A DNA stretch of 64,000 bases from Eubacterium sp. (lineage in GTDB: Bacteria; Bacillota; Clostridia; Eubacteriales; Eubacteriaceae), in contig JAVXTS010000005.1 in assembly GCA_036642535.1 (NCBI GenBank), positions 27-64,026 of the forward strand. The letters are read 5' to 3'. The notes below the pieces were generated by a model that made no database searches, was not told the DNA's origin, and saw nothing but the letters and a program-made list of their open reading frames with translations. This document shows, piece after piece, positions 62,014 to 64,000 of the stretch; the first letter of the stretch is position 1, and every line of letters begins with the position of its first letter. Made by a program: the position numbers and the translations under genes.

Positions 62014-63957
62014 TTATTTATCACGATTTTCTTTGTGCCATAGTGAGAACTTGAAAATAACTAGTAGAATTAAAACAAAGAACACAACAGCGCCAATACT
62101 GGAAACCAATGGACTGATATTTGATAATGACAAGCCATAATTATTAAGGTTAATATAATCACCTAATGATTTGCCACTTATTTTAATAACAGCCAATACT
62201 GCAAGAATAATACCAATTAGACCTTCACCTGCAATAAGACCTGATGTAAACAAAATACCACTGCTAATTGCACCTTTGCGTTTTTCTTCAGAAATTTTCT
62301 TTTTCTTTTCGATGTACAAACGTACAAGACCGCCACACATAATTGGCACAGATAGATAAATTGGTAGATATAAACCAACTGCAAAAGGTAGAACAGGAAT
62401 ACCCAATACAGCAACAACAGCACCAATAAATACACCTATGAATACAAGATTCCACGGTAGGTTATTACCCATAACGCCTTCAACAACAAGCTTCATTAAC
62501 ATTGCTTGTGGTGCGCCACATTCAGCAGAGCCAAAGCCCCATGCTGCGTTTAGTAGGTACAAAATGCCACCAATGGAAAGTGCTGCGACAATTGCGCCGA
62601 TAAGTTCGCCATATTGTTGCTTTTTAGGTGTAGCACCAACTAAGAAACCTGTTTTTAAATCTTGTGATGTATCACCGGCAATAGCTGCGATAATACAAAT
62701 AATTGAACCAATAGTAATTGAACCAACCATACCCTGTGTACCTGTTATACCGATAGCTTTTAAAATAATAGTTGCTATAAGCATTGTCGCAATAGCCATA
62801 CCCGAAATAGGGTTATTCGATGAACCGATTAAGCCAACCATACGTGATGAAACCGTTGCAAAGAAGAAACCAAAAATAATAACCATAAGTGAGCCCAAAG
62901 GACTAACTGGAATAGCTGGAACAAGCCACATTATAATTGCAATAATTAAAACACCAATTAAAATAACAGGCATTGGAATATCTTGCTCCGTGCGTATTGT
63001 GCTTACTGTATTACCTTTTTTCATACCCTTCATTGCATCTTTAAATGTTTTCACAATTAGTGGGCATGATTTAACTAAACTAAATATACCGCCAAATGCC
63101 AAAGCACCAGCACCAATATATCTTAGATAAGTTCCCCATAATGCACCTACACCGCCAGTTTCAAGAAGCTCGCTAACAGTAACTGTTGCCGGGAACAAAA
63201 TTGTATTTCCGCCAAATAATGCAATAAGTGGTAAAATAACAAACCAACCTACAACACCACCGGCAAATAAATAAGAAGAAATACGTGCGCCACATATGAA
63301 ACCAACACCCGCTAAAGCAGGTAAAACATCTGCGCCAATTCCACTGCCCTTATACGCTTTAATGTCAAAAGTAACTTCACTTGGAAAGAATTTTAAGCCA
63401 TCAGCAATAAATTTGTAAGCAGCGGCGATACCAAGACCGGCAAAAACAGTAGCTGCCTTGCTGCCGCCTTCTTCGCCTGCAATAAGAACTTCTGCACACG
63501 CTGCACCCTCTGGATAAGGCAATGTACCATTTTCTTCTACAATTAACGCTCTGCGTAAAGGTATCATAAATAGAACACCTAAAACACCGCCACATAACGC
63601 AATAAGAGAAATGGTTATGAATGATGGCATTTCAATAACGCCATCAGCCGCCCACATAAACAAAGCAGGTAATGTAAAAATTGCACCTGTCGCAAGTGCT
63701 TCACCAGCAGACCCTATTGTTTGAACAATGTTATTTTCCAAAATAGAATTTCTGCGTAAAATAACACGAATAATAGCCATTGAAATAACTGCTGCTGGGA
63801 TAGATGCAGATATTGTCATACCAACTTTAAGCCCTAAATAGGCATTAGCACCTCCAAAAACAACCGCTAAAATCACACCCGTAATAATTGAGGTAATTGT
63901 AAATTCCGGAATTACTTTATCTGCTGAAATAAACGGTTTAACATCTGAATTTTTCAT
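62014..63957 (-). CDS. OPT-family oligopeptide transporter
   Basis: Motifs NAYLGLKVG, SASIPAAV, ENNIVQT, LPYPEG, SNNPISG, SQDLKTG and APQA. Confidence 0.92.
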   Translation of the reverse strand: MKNSDVKPFISADKVIPEFTITSIITGVILAVVFGGANAYLGLKVGMTISASIPAAVISMAIIRVILRRNSILENNIVQTIGSAGEALATGAIFTLPALFMWAADGVIEMPSFITISLIALCGGVLGVLFMIPLRRALIVEENGTLPYPEGAACAEVLIAGEEGGSKAATVFAGLGIAAAYKFIADGLKFFPSEVTFDIKAYKGSGIGADVLPALAGVGFICGARISSYLFAGGVVGWFVILPLIALFGGNTILFPATVTVSELLETGGVGALWGTYLRYIGAGALAFGGIFSLVKSCPLIVKTFKDAMKGMKKGNTVSTIRTEQDIPMPVILIGVLIIAIIMWLVPAIPVSPLGSLMVIIFGFFFATVSSRMVGLIGSSNNPISGMAIATMLIATIILKAIGITGTQGMVGSITIGSIICIIAAIAGDTSQDLKTGFLVGATPKKQQYGELIGAIVAALSIGGILYLLNAAWGFGSAECGAPQAMLMKLVVEGVMGNNLPWNLVFIGVFIGAVVAVLGIPVLPFAVGLYLPIYLSVPIMCGGLVRLYIEKKKKISEEKRKGAISSGILFTSGLIAGEGLIGIILAVLAVIKISGKSLGDYINLNNYGLSLSNISPLVSSIGAVVFFVLILLVIFKFSLWHKENRDK

Positions 63958-64000
63958 AAAAAAGAAAACCGCCTTTCTATAAATATTTATTTTATTATAC

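Noticed and set aside
62438-63130. 230-aa + strand ORF and the many other short ORFs overlapping known genes
   Set aside because: They are antisense or alternate-frame shadows of well-supported genes, with no recognisable motifs.
1-64000. CRISPR array, rRNA genes or long tandem repeat arrays
   Set aside because: No regularly spaced direct repeats or rRNA-like sequence seen; the intergenic gaps are short and mostly accounted for.

Overview
A low-GC, mostly minus-strand chromosomal window from an anaerobic Firmicute. The hydC-(HATPase)-hydD-hydB-hydA gene order and the HydB/HydC sequences resemble Acetobacterium/Eubacteriaceae acetogens (inference). The left edge is the end of an integrated element: a tyrosine integrase ending next to the 3' end of tRNA-Lys(CTT). 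Housekeeping genes are purB, ymdB, rny, the pur operon (purL-E-C-M-N-H-D, with purF apparently reduced to a scar), murB-PHP-rapZ-yvcK-whiA, prmA-rsmE-mtaB-HIT, yhaO/yhaN, addBA, murI-trpS and rrf2-iscS-iscU. Three different [FeFe]-hydrogenase loci are present: (i) an hfsABC-type PAS-domain sensory hydrogenase with a PP2C phosphatase, (ii) a DRTGG / RsbT-like kinase / group-D hydrogenase / DRTGG / PHP module, and (iii) the electron-bifurcating HydABC(D). Also present are tupABC behind a Moco/Wco-type riboswitch, an orphan eutS-eutP microcompartment pair with an MtnK-like kinase, an unexplained ~240-nt rod-like hairpin upstream of purB, and a decaying OPT-PqqD operon with two pseudogenes and an ISAs1 remnant at the right end. 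All assignments come from motif reading only; no database search was run.
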